64,000 bases of DNA, taken from Candidatus Methylomirabilis sp. GTDB taxonomy: Bacteria > Methylomirabilota > Methylomirabilia > Methylomirabilales > Methylomirabilaceae. The stretch lies in contig JBGPUH010000001.1 of NCBI GenBank assembly GCA_041491025.1, positions 8,043 through 72,042 of the forward strand, written 5' to 3'. Each line of letters begins with the position of its first letter. Positions within the stretch are counted from its first letter, which is position 1. The translations under genes and the position numbers were made by a program. Below the pieces are notes generated by a model. It made no database searches and was not told the DNA's origin. It saw only the letters and a program-made list of their open reading frames with translations. Positions 1 to 8,398 of this stretch are shown piece by piece.

Positions 1-1
1 A

Positions 2-361
2 GGTGTGGGTGAAGGACGGTAACGGGATGATCTGCGGAGGGGCTTGCGTCGCATCGGTGAGGTCCTGGGCTTTCCGAACCTGAAGCTGCCATGGATTGCC
101 GCCTGAAAAGTTGCTCTTGACCGTGACAACCCTGGCCTGCGTCACCGTGTTCCCGGGATCCGCGGTCACGCTGGCGCTACTGGCATCGAGAGCCATGGTT
201 GCCCCAACGCCGCCCGAACCAACCATCATGCCGAACGTAGGCTTGATCGTCGCGGTGACTGTCACCGTGGCCGACTGGTCAGGGGGAGCGGCGACAGCGA
301 GGGCTACCAACCCGCCTAGGAGTACCAGACTGAGAACGCTTATATAGAGGATGTATCTCAT
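2..361 (-). CDS. Secreted pilin-like protein, runs off window edge
   Basis: Own translation MRYILYISVLSLVLLGGLVALAVAAPPDQSATVTVTATIKP...VTVKSN...WQLQV; signal peptide then beta-rich TVTVTATI strand; next to SCPU gene. Confidence 0.65.
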   Translation of the reverse strand, partial: MRYILYISVLSLVLLGGLVALAVAAPPDQSATVTVTATIKPTFGMMVGSGGVGATMALDASSASVTADPGNTVTQARVVTVKSNFSGGNPWQLQVRKAQDLTDATQAPPQIIPLPSFTHT

Positions 362-718
362 GGTGTCACTCCGCGCCGATAGCGTTAGAAAGAGATTTCC
401 ACGACCACCACATCCTGGTAACTTCCAACCGGGACGTGCTGGGTGTGGTGCGCCACCGCGTAAATCGGGATCAACTGCTCTCGGCCACGTCAGCCTATTC
501 ATCTGTGGAAGCGGGTTTGGTGCGCGACGCGGAGCCCCTTCACGAGCGCGCGCGAAGTGGTCTACCCCGTTACCGTCTCTATGGTGTCTTTTTGTCATCA
601 TTACCTCCTGGCGCCTGGCCCCGCCATCACATACTCGCGATGGCTCTCTCTATCACCAACGGTAGCCCCGGACTCTTGGGGAAAGACATGAAGGTGGACC
701 TGGTCCTGTCACCACACC

Positions 719-1213
719 TTAAAACTCCACGATGATCTGCACCACATCCTGGTGGTCGCCGCTGATCGTGGAGGGTGATCGTGTGGCCACACCATAGACG
801 GGCACCTGGTCGCGTCTGCCGGTGCCCTTATACGCGAGCCGTTGCGAGTCCGTCGATCCCCAGGGCGCGCTGTGGCCACTGTCCCGGTAGAGGGTATAGG
901 GAAGGTTGCTGGTCCCTGGTCCCCGCATGGTCCGTTGGCCCGCCAGGAGATATTGCCCGCTGTCGATCTGGATCGAGGCGGTGGTTCCGGGGGTACATTG
1001 CACGTCAAGCGCGCCCTGGGCGGTCGCGGTGGTTGCGGCGGGCGCAAGGGTCCCGAACGCGAGGTCCGCGGTCGTGCTCAGATTGCACGACGCCTGCACG
1101 GTGGCCGTCACCAGCATTTGTGACGTGGCCTGCCCGGCGATCACCGACGCTGGCGCGAGCATAAGGCTCAGCGCGACGACGATGGCGGTGACTCTGTAGT
1201 ACGTCATTTTCAT
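719..1213 (-). CDS. Spore coat protein U / Csu-type fimbrial subunit
   Basis: Signal peptide, VTATVQASC..LAFG, second Cys, LPYTLYRD, VPVYG, GDHQDVVQIIVEF terminus; AAGGAGG upstream of ATG 1213. Confidence 0.85.
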   Translation of the reverse strand: MKMTYYRVTAIVVALSLMLAPASVIAGQATSQMLVTATVQASCNLSTTADLAFGTLAPAATTATAQGALDVQCTPGTTASIQIDSGQYLLAGQRTMRGPGTSNLPYTLYRDSGHSAPWGSTDSQRLAYKGTGRRDQVPVYGVATRSPSTISGDHQDVVQIIVEF

Positions 1214-1305
1214 GGCCCATGACCTCCTTATCTCAAGAACGGGCACACGGCGGTCCCTCATAACGATAGACCGGTAGGTTGTTGAGCAAATCGCTCATGC
1301 GGTCC

Positions 1306-1692
1306 TCACGGCGATGTCGCCTCAGCAAATAGCGTGACGAGCCCCCTTGACACGTGCGCCCAATAGGAGTCCGGGCTGCCCTGGGCGAGCTTTTCAATCG
1401 CCTCCTGGTCGGCGACCCAGCGTCCGCCCCTCCACCTCGCTAGAGGGATGTTCCCTGGCGCTTCGCCAATCCCCACCCCAATCACGCAACGATTAGTACG
1501 CTCCAACACCATCGGGCAAAGCGGAATCAGTAGAGCCTCGGCGCGGGCAAATAATTCTGCAAACCGCCTTCTGATCGCCCGCTTACACAGCGTTCTTTGC
1601 ATGAGAAACACATCGATGATATATTCCTGCGCCGCCTTGTCATGCTTGAGGGCGGCGGCAACGATATCGCTCCAGCGACCATCAATTCTCAT
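1306..1692 (-). CDS. Hypothetical protein
   Basis: 128 aa ORF overlapping upstream ORF; AAAGGAG RBS. Confidence 0.6.
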   Translation of the reverse strand: MRIDGRWSDIVAAALKHDKAAQEYIIDVFLMQRTLCKRAIRRRFAELFARAEALLIPLCPMVLERTNRCVIGVGIGEAPGNIPLARWRGGRWVADQEAIEKLAQGSPDSYWAHVSRGLVTLFAEATSP

Positions 1693-2005
1693 GGCTCACT
1701 CCTTTCAACAGATTAATCCTGACCCGGACCCAGTGAGGCTGTCGCAGCAAGTCAACTTGTGCTGTTGGTGGAGTAGTCTCCTTGTTGACGGCACGTGTCT
1801 GGAGCCATCCTACGAACCTCGGATCCAGCGATGCGACGTATGCGGCGAAGCGTGGCAGGACCCGGGTGAGCACCTCCTCCGCGAGTACCTTGGGACCCCT
1901 TCGCCTTCTCAGCGTCGCGGTCACTGGTGTTGCGATTTCCCGGTCATTCCCCGTCAGGATCGAAACCTTAAGACGAATATGCGTCCCGGCACAAAGTACC
2001 CTCAT
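1682..2005 (-). CDS. Hypothetical protein
   Basis: ATGA overlap with stop of upstream ORF. Confidence 0.5.
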   Translation of the reverse strand: MRVLCAGTHIRLKVSILTGNDREIATPVTATLRRRRGPKVLAEEVLTRVLPRFAAYVASLDPRFVGWLQTRAVNKETTPPTAQVDLLRQPHWVRVRINLLKGVSHEN

Positions 2006-2469
2006 CGCAATGCGATCACGCCTATGGAGGAGATGACAACACCCCCCCCACACCGCCAAAATTCCCACCCGGGCATAAAGCCAATCATGGCCTGTGCTAA
2101 TGCGTGATGCGACGACCCATATCCCCACTCCTCTGTCTCCTCCCCCCGATCTTGGGATTTCATGACGACCCCTAGGAGCTCCTTAACCTGTTTATCAGCC
2201 CACGGTTCCAGCTCTCTCGACAGGATAAGACGGGTGATGGTTTCTTCAGCACGAGCCAGGAGCTGCGCCTTGTACAACAACGAGGCCACACTGACGGACA
2301 AAATGCTTCTTGTGTGGACCTTGGTGCGCGGCATACGGGCAAGCGCCGCCTTCTCGCACTCGGCTGCTTGAGCATAGAGCGCCTTCGCGTCCTCATTCCG
2401 ACCCTCGGCCACGGCTTGAGCGGCAGCAACAGACAGCTCTTCAGCCTCGCGATGCTTGTCACTAATCAT
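2002..2469 (-). CDS. Helical hypothetical protein, paralog of 7225..7560
   Basis: Shares HREA.ELS and ILSVSVASLLYKAQLLARAEE with the 7225 ORF. Confidence 0.7.
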   Translation of the reverse strand: MISDKHREAEELSVAAAQAVAEGRNEDAKALYAQAAECEKAALARMPRTKVHTRSILSVSVASLLYKAQLLARAEETITRLILSRELEPWADKQVKELLGVVMKSQDRGEETEEWGYGSSHHALAQAMIGFMPGWEFWRCGGGVVISSIGVIALR

Positions 2470-2471
2470 TA

Positions 2472-2840
2472 TTATCTCCCCTCCTCGCGGTAGACCTGCA
2501 GGTTGTTGAGCAAATCGATCACCGCCCGCTCGACTTCCGGTGTAGTCATATTGAGGATCTGTGGAGCCCCATTCAGGTAGACGATCTTGGTCCCGCCGGT
2601 TGGCGTGGCGACGAGGACGGCGCACGGGGTCTGTCTGGCGGCCAGATGCGGCGTGAGTCGGCGATTCCAGAACGCCGGGTGGGCCGGCGGGGCGAGTGTA
2701 CCGGCGAAATACTGGCGCACGGCCTCCACGTCGAAGACCACGGCGAGCACTGGATCCAGTGACGCGACCGGCACACACCGCAGGAGCACCCCGAGCGGGG
2801 TGTGGCCTGTTTTGGCGAGTTCTTGCAATTGTTGGCTCAT
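2472..2840 (-). CDS. Hypothetical protein
   Basis: Packed in operon; starts MSQQLQEL. Confidence 0.6.
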   Translation of the reverse strand: MSQQLQELAKTGHTPLGVLLRCVPVASLDPVLAVVFDVEAVRQYFAGTLAPPAHPAFWNRRLTPHLAARQTPCAVLVATPTGGTKIVYLNGAPQILNMTTPEVERAVIDLLNNLQVYREEGR

Positions 2841-2853
2841 GCTCCCGGCGTCC

Positions 2854-3453
2854 TTATGGCCCTTCCAGTGTGGTCGCCAGACCCGCCGGACTTGCCTTGG
2901 ATGAGGACCCTGCACCCGCCGCGGCGCGCGTCTTGAGCGCGGCGGCCAAGGCCTCGTGAAACTGCCGTTCAGCGAGAGGCTCCTGCTTGTAGCCCCAGAA
3001 CGCTCTAACCTGGCTGACCACCACCACGTCACTCTGCCGGTCGTCGCGAGGAGAAACGTAGACGCCGAGGGCGACCGGATGGCTGGTGGCGTCAAGCGAG
3101 CCGAAGATCGGAACACTAACGGCGGCGATGATCGCCTGGTCGCTGTCTAGCACAGGGCGGTCCTGAATGAGGGCGTCTTTGTCTCTCCAGGACGCGATCG
3201 ACGTGGCCAGCCAAACGCGGAGGACCTCGAGCGTGAGGGCCCTCGCCTCATACGCGGAGAGTGGGTATGTGGCTGACACGCCTTTGCCTTGGTCGCGAGC
3301 CCGTTGCACCAACACGTAGCGTACTAAGGGGGCGGCGCCCACCTTCCTCTCCCGGAGCCCCCCTGGAGAGGCGCAGGCGGTGGTGATGGTGAGCAGCGCC
3401 GCTATGAGCAGAGCTTGGCGCAGTCGTTGGGTCATTGTTTTTCCTGCTTTCAT
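2854..3453 (-). CDS. Putative lipoprotein
   Basis: Basic N-terminus, hydrophobic stretch, lipobox-like ITTAC; AAAGGAG RBS. Confidence 0.65.
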   Translation of the reverse strand: MKAGKTMTQRLRQALLIAALLTITTACASPGGLRERKVGAAPLVRYVLVQRARDQGKGVSATYPLSAYEARALTLEVLRVWLATSIASWRDKDALIQDRPVLDSDQAIIAAVSVPIFGSLDATSHPVALGVYVSPRDDRQSDVVVVSQVRAFWGYKQEPLAERQFHEALAAALKTRAAAGAGSSSKASPAGLATTLEGP

Positions 3454-3486
3454 TCGTGGCGCTCCTTTCTCGGATGTTCCCTACTC

Positions 3487-3750
3487 CTAGTCAAAATCAA
3501 AAATGGTGATTCTCTTGCTCGCCGTGGCTGGGATCTCGTCAGCGTCGGCCGACGACGGTGCCAACGTTGCACGAAGATCCGGCAAGGGCGACGTGGACAG
3601 CCCGACGGGTCCTTGAGCCGACCTCACAGCCCCACTTAGCCGCTCTCTGATGAGAGCCGAAACAGACATGCCGCGCTTGATGGCGTCGCTCTTGAGGCGA
3701 TCGTACATATCAAAATCTAAGAGGATCTGGCAGCGGCGCCGCTTGGTCAT
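3487..3750 (-). CDS. Ribbon-helix-helix (CopG-like) DNA-binding protein
   Basis: RCQILLDFDMYDRLKSDAIKRGMSVSALIRERL pattern. Confidence 0.75.
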   Translation of the reverse strand: MTKRRRCQILLDFDMYDRLKSDAIKRGMSVSALIRERLSGAVRSAQGPVGLSTSPLPDLRATLAPSSADADEIPATASKRITIFDFD

Positions 3751-3762
3751 GACGTTCTCTGG

Positions 3763-4218
3763 TTACCACGTTGATCCATTGGTTGACAGCATCGCGTCCC
3801 GTGATGGCGATGTGGGGCGAACCCTGTTGACTTCGCTCACCTTACACTCTCGGCGGCTCTTTACGCCCTGGCCTGAGGGTCCGAGCGTCTGCACACATTC
3901 TTCAACGAAGTGCGACTCTTTTAGGCTGGCATTGGGATTAGTCGGCTGCCCCGGCGCAGATAGTCCGGCCGTACTCGGCTTGATCCGGTTGACTTCTTTC
4001 ACCGTACATTCTCGATGACTTTTCACTCCGCCGTCGCTTGATGGCAGCAACGTTTGTAGACAGTCCTCGACAAAGTGGGATTCTTTCACGGGAGGCATTC
4101 GGAGCATTGGTAGTAAAGCATCCGCTACATTTTGCGCGGACACCCGACCTACCACTAAGCAGGGGATTGCAATAAACACCAAACCGAACACGAATAGAAC
4201 ACATCCACTCTTCTTCAT
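3763..4218 (-). CDS. Secreted protein with two Cys-pair repeats
   Basis: Signal peptide; KESHFVE.C.QTL.PS..GVKS.REC.V.EVNR..P twice. Confidence 0.7.
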   Translation of the reverse strand: MKKSGCVLFVFGLVFIAIPCLVVGRVSAQNVADALLPMLRMPPVKESHFVEDCLQTLLPSSDGGVKSHRECTVKEVNRIKPSTAGLSAPGQPTNPNASLKESHFVEECVQTLGPSGQGVKSRRECKVSEVNRVRPTSPSRDAMLSTNGSTW

Positions 4219-4271
4219 TGTTCATCTCCTTTTTCCAGATGTTCCGTTCTGCTACTGGTGAACGTTCGGCT

Positions 4272-4574
4272 CTAGAAGGTGCCACTGACAACCTGGCTGA
4301 TGATCGTGGGCCCAACGTTCAGGCCGATGTACGCGCCGATGCCCGCGAACAGCCACGCCAACGAGAGGCGGGCCGCGCAACCGCCGAACCCTATGAGCAG
4401 GGCGAGCAGACCCAGGCCCTCACGGAGGTTCCCCGCGGGCCAGTGCTCGATGAGTGTGTTGTCTGTGCCCGCATGGACCAGGGCCCTCACACCAAGTTGG
4501 ATCACCACGATGCCGGCAGTGATCGCGAGGGCCTGAAGCGTAGTACGGTGACGGGTGAGGAACGGTTCGATCAT
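4272..4574 (-). CDS. Small membrane protein
   Basis: Three hydrophobic segments; ATGA coupling to sigma factor stop. Confidence 0.65.
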   Translation of the reverse strand: MIEPFLTRHRTTLQALAITAGIVVIQLGVRALVHAGTDNTLIEHWPAGNLREGLGLLALLIGFGGCAARLSLAWLFAGIGAYIGLNVGPTIISQVVSGTF

Positions 4575-5353
4575 TGTAACGCCCCTAGGGCTTCGTAATA
4601 TTGCGAGCGGAGCAACGCGAGCGCCTGATGTTCAATCCGGTTGATGCGTTGTTTTGACACTCCAAGGCGCTGCGCAATCTCCGCGTCCGAGTGTAATATT
4701 CCATCGGTGAAGCCGAAGCGCAGGAACAGTATCTCTCGCCAGCGGTGGGGGAGAGACCACAGGATCTCTAGGAGACGCTGTTGTGTGTCTCTGGCCATGA
4801 GGCTCTCCACAATACTTGGGGCGCTGGTGTCTGCTATGATGTCGCCAAAGGTATCTCCGTCCTCACCGTCTATTGGAGCATCCAGCGAAATCATCTGGGG
4901 CAAAGGCTTCATCGCGCTGGTCACGTTCACGATGGAGAGCCCCAACGCCTCGGCTATCTCCTCCATGCTTGGGCTGCGACCATGCTGCTGCTGGAATCGT
5001 GTACTCTCGCGGTACACGCGCGCTCGCACGTGGAGGATCCACCGTGAAATCCGAATGGGCCAGGCGTCGTTGGCGGCGGTCGCAATCGTTGTTCGGATCC
5101 AATAACTCGCATAGTTCAAAAAAGGGGCGCCGCGCCCCGGGTCGAACCTGGCGGCGGCCTTCACAAGACCCATACATCCCTGTTGCATTAAATCCTCGAT
5201 CGGCATTCCGAACCTGCTGTACTCACGGGCGATGGTATAAATAAAGCCCTTGTGTTCCACGAGGAGCGCAGTGATATCCATGGGAGCCACTCTGTGGCCA
5301 TTTCCCTGGACGTTTGTCACGCGGCCCTTGATCCCGTTGTGGTTCGTCCTCAC
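4571..5353 (-). CDS. RNA polymerase sigma-70 family factor (regions 2, 3, 4)
   Basis: EDLMQQGCMGLVKAAARFDPGRG..F..YA.YWIR; GRSPSMEEIAEALG; SLDAPI; REILFLRFG...EIAQRLGVSKQRINRIEHQAL; AAGGAGG before GTG. Confidence 0.92.
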   Translation of the reverse strand: MRTNHNGIKGRVTNVQGNGHRVAPMDITALLVEHKGFIYTIAREYSRFGMPIEDLMQQGCMGLVKAAARFDPGRGAPFLNYASYWIRTTIATAANDAWPIRISRWILHVRARVYRESTRFQQQHGRSPSMEEIAEALGLSIVNVTSAMKPLPQMISLDAPIDGEDGDTFGDIIADTSAPSIVESLMARDTQQRLLEILWSLPHRWREILFLRFGFTDGILHSDAEIAQRLGVSKQRINRIEHQALALLRSQYYEALGALQ

Positions 5354-5607
5354 GTGTCCTCCTTGCCTCTAAAATGATAATGCCAGGGAGCTGGCCGCCT
5401 TAGATCGCTGCGCTCCCCAACAGCGTTGGAGGTCGGCGCGGGCCGTCTTTGCTGTGTTCGCCCCTTCACGGCCCGTGCCCTGCAGGCGGCCCTGACATGC
5501 CATGAAACGGAAGGAGCGAGAGTGTATGACGCTCAACCGTCTTACTGATTCGGCTTCCCTTGGAGTTTAGGCCTCGCGACTGGTAGCGAGTCGTCCTCCC
5601 CGTCGCT

Positions 5608-5823
5608 TCAGGCTTCATCCCGTCCACGTTGGAGGGCCGGCGCCTCCCTGATCGCCCGGCGGAGCCTCGCGTACCACGGGAGATCCGAGTGGGCCCCATA
5701 GAGATACGCAATTGCGTCGAGTCGTTTTTCCGCGACCTCGAGTCCCCTCACTGCGCCAGCGGTCAGCGCGGAAAGAAGCATAATGGCGATGATGTGAGGC
5801 CGTAGCCGTCTTATTAATCTCAT
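5608..5823 (-). CDS. Small membrane-anchored protein
   Basis: N-terminal TM; TGATG coupling with the carboxypeptidase. Confidence 0.55.
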   Translation of the reverse strand: MRLIRRLRPHIIAIMLLSALTAGAVRGLEVAEKRLDAIAYLYGAHSDLPWYARLRRAIREAPALQRGRDEA

Positions 5824-6761
5824 CAATTCGCCTCCCTCTGTGGCCCGTACCACCCGACCACCTGACGGCCGAACGTCCGCCTTCGCCAGGCGAAGCCATA
5901 CTCCAGGAGCGCCTCGGCGTCAGCCCAGCGATCCGGGTCATCCAGGAGGACAGCGATGATTTGATGGCCGTCCCGCGTGGCAGACGCGATGAGGCAGGGT
6001 CCAGCCCGATCGGTGGTGCCGGTCTTGACGCCATCCACACCAAACACCTGACCAAGCAGACGGTTGGTTGAATGGAGCACCCGACGGATCCGTGGTCCGT
6101 TGCGCCCCGTCGAGATGGTCAGCACGGCCTCGCGGGTCTGGGCCATACGGGCGAAGGTTGGATTGCGTAGGGCCACTCGGGCGAGAATGGCAAGATCGTG
6201 AGCTGTAGACACGTGGCGAGGATGGTCGATCCCGTGGGGATTCGTAAAATGAGTGTTTGTCATGCCGAGCGCCTGCGCCCAGGCGTTCATCTTGGCGACA
6301 AACCGCGCTTCAGTTCCGGCGAGGTGTTGAGCGGCCGCCACCGCCGCATCGTTGGCCGACCCGAGCACGATCGCCCAGGTAAGATCCTGGAGCGTCACAC
6401 GTTGACCTTGTTTGAGGCCCAGGACCGTCCCTGGCACTGTAGCGGCCCGCTTCCTAATCGTCACCGTCTGCCCCAGGCGGCCCGACTCCAAAATGAGCAG
6501 GGCGGTCATAATCTTCGTCGTGCTAGCCGGGGCGCGGCGAGTCGTCGGGTTTTTCACCGCGATCTCCATCCCGCTGTCCATGTCGAGCACGACCACAGAG
6601 GCGGCGAGCAGCCGATCATGCCCGGTCAGCGGACGGGCGAAGGTGGGGATCTCATCGAACTCGTGAGAGACCGACGCGGCGGCGTGGGCCCTCCATGGAG
6701 CGAGCGCAGTGAAGAGAACAGCCGACAGGATCCCGGCCACGGCAAGGCGCCGGCCGGTCAC
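5823..6761 (-). CDS. dacA: D-alanyl-D-alanine carboxypeptidase (peptidase S11)
   Basis: PASTTK (SxxK), SANDAA (SxN), FTNPHG, GVKTGTT (KTG); signal peptide; GTGA overlap gives the start. Confidence 0.92.
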   Translation of the reverse strand: MTGRRLAVAGILSAVLFTALAPWRAHAAASVSHEFDEIPTFARPLTGHDRLLAASVVVLDMDSGMEIAVKNPTTRRAPASTTKIMTALLILESGRLGQTVTIRKRAATVPGTVLGLKQGQRVTLQDLTWAIVLGSANDAAVAAAQHLAGTEARFVAKMNAWAQALGMTNTHFTNPHGIDHPRHVSTAHDLAILARVALRNPTFARMAQTREAVLTISTGRNGPRIRRVLHSTNRLLGQVFGVDGVKTGTTDRAGPCLIASATRDGHQIIAVLLDDPDRWADAEALLEYGFAWRRRTFGRQVVGWYGPQREAN

Positions 6762-7228
6762 GACGTACTCCTCTGCAGCGCGCAAAACTGCTTGTAAATC
6801 GCCGCGGCTTCTCGTGCCCATTGCGTCCGGTGCGATGGAAGTAGGCGACGTCGAAGCGCGGCCAGCCGCAAGATTAATTGCACCGTGGGCCGCTGGCGAT
6901 GCAGGACAGGAACGAGCGTCTCCAGCAGCGTAAGAAGCGTCGGCAAGCCTACCTGGAGCTTGAAATCGGGACGGGAGCGTCGATCTCTATGCTTGACCGC
7001 CACCACGGCGGTCCACGGGACCAACCCAGCGATCGCTTTCGGGACGCTCGGATCACGCATGTGGAGCACAAAACGAATCATATAGCTAGGGACAGCAGGA
7101 GAGGGACCCCGGTCAACTCGAACAATCGAGAGGTGGCCTTTCGCATCGAGTACTCCCGCGACATATCCCTTCTGCGTGGACGTCAAGGTGATGCTGGGCG
7201 GGCGGCGTTGACGAGGACGAGGGGTCAT
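6758..7228 (-). CDS. Single-motif LAGLIDADG-like protein, probably inactive
   Basis: GYVAGVLDAKGHLSI helix, then beta-strand pattern and LLETLVPVL. Confidence 0.7.
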   Translation of the reverse strand: MTPRPRQRRPPSITLTSTQKGYVAGVLDAKGHLSIVRVDRGPSPAVPSYMIRFVLHMRDPSVPKAIAGLVPWTAVVAVKHRDRRSRPDFKLQVGLPTLLTLLETLVPVLHRQRPTVQLILRLAALRRRLLPSHRTQWAREAAAIYKQFCALQRSTS

Positions 7229-7560
7229 GACACCACTCCACTGTGAATGGTCGACACTACCTCGAGCAGCTCCCGAAGCTGCCCCTCCGCCAACGGGTCC
7301 AGCTCGCCCGATCCGAGAAAACGAAAGATGGCCTCCTCAGCGCGAGCCAGCAGCTGCGCCTTATACAACAGGGACGCCACACTAACAGACAGAATGCCGC
7401 GGTCGCGGACCTGATCGAGCGGTACTTGGGCCAGAGCAACTTCTTCTAAATGCGCCGCCCAGGCGTAGAGTTCCCTCGCGGCCCTGCTCCGACCCTCGGC
7501 CACGGCGATCGCAGCAGCCGCAGACAGCTCGTCCGCTTCGCGATGTGTGTCTCGACTCAT
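7225..7560 (-). CDS. Helical hypothetical protein, paralog of 2002..2469
   Basis: ILSVSVASLLYKAQLLARAEE identical to the 2002 ORF. Confidence 0.72.
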   Translation of the reverse strand: MSRDTHREADELSAAAAIAVAEGRSRAARELYAWAAHLEEVALAQVPLDQVRDRGILSVSVASLLYKAQLLARAEEAIFRFLGSGELDPLAEGQLRELLEVVSTIHSGVVS

Positions 7561-7726
7561 TACATTTCCTCCACCTTCACGTCTCAGCGTTCTACCCACA
7601 TGGCGCAGACAAAGTCGTCACATACCACCCACCACCGGTCAAAGCGACACCAGGAGAAAGGGCTTGAGGTGCTGGGCGACGAGTCGTCACCCAGAGCCAC
7701 GGTACCCGTCTGCCCCCTGGTGTATC

Positions 7727-7957
7727 TCACTGTGATGGCTCTCGCTGGCCTTCATCTCGTGGCGCTCGCGGGCCTTGTGGCTGAAGACATTTGTCTCGGT
7801 ATTGCTGAGCCAGCTTGCTCGTAATTGGCGGAGGCTGCCCGCGCCGTGAATCCTCCAACAACCCAAACGGCACGATACTGGCCATGAGCAGTGGACAACA
7901 CGACGACAGCGCCAGGACCATCGCGCAGGCGGCCACACACATCAGTCTTTTTCGCAT
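7727..7957 (-). CDS. Small lipoprotein
   Basis: LALSSC lipobox; GGAGG RBS. Confidence 0.55.
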   Translation of the reverse strand: MRKRLMCVAACAMVLALSSCCPLLMASIVPFGLLEDSRRGQPPPITSKLAQQYRDKCLQPQGPRAPRDEGQREPSQ

Positions 7958-7985
7958 GATTCGACCTCCTCTTTGGAACACTCGC

Positions 7986-8345
7986 TCACAACGGCGTCTC
8001 GGACGGATCCCTGACTTCATGCTGATACAGCTCCCAGTCAACCACCAGGCCGTCCGCGTCAAGGGTAATCCGCACCACCGTCCACATCGGCCCGCCCATC
8101 AATGGGGTCGACGTCCAGATATAGTTCCACTGGGCTCCGCTGGGCCGTGGGAACACAGACTGTGGCTCGCCAAATGTGTTCCTGAGCACGTCGGCCGTGA
8201 GCGGGCGGTCGACCTGCACTGACATCAGGCGATCTTCAAGGGGAAAGTAGTGAATGGTGTACATGGTGGGCGCGCAGCCAGCCAGCGCGGCTGCGGCGAT
8301 CACCACGCCAAGTACACTGATTCTGACGATGGAACGCCCTCGCAT
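7986..8345 (-). CDS. Lipoprotein, weakly BamE/SmpA-like
   Basis: ALAGC lipobox; LRNTFGEP...WNY...ITLDADGLV pattern. Confidence 0.65.
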   Translation of the reverse strand: MRGRSIVRISVLGVVIAAAALAGCAPTMYTIHYFPLEDRLMSVQVDRPLTADVLRNTFGEPQSVFPRPSGAQWNYIWTSTPLMGGPMWTVVRITLDADGLVVDWELYQHEVRDPSETPL

Positions 8346-8398
8346 AGACAGTCTCCTTCTGATCTAAGGGAAACGGGATAAGGGAAGGAACGTGAGGA

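Noticed and set aside
362-718. Possible c-di-GMP riboswitch between the pilin-like genes
   Set aside because: Only a CGGGGCTACC fragment on the minus strand; GGCAAA/GCAAA core elements not found
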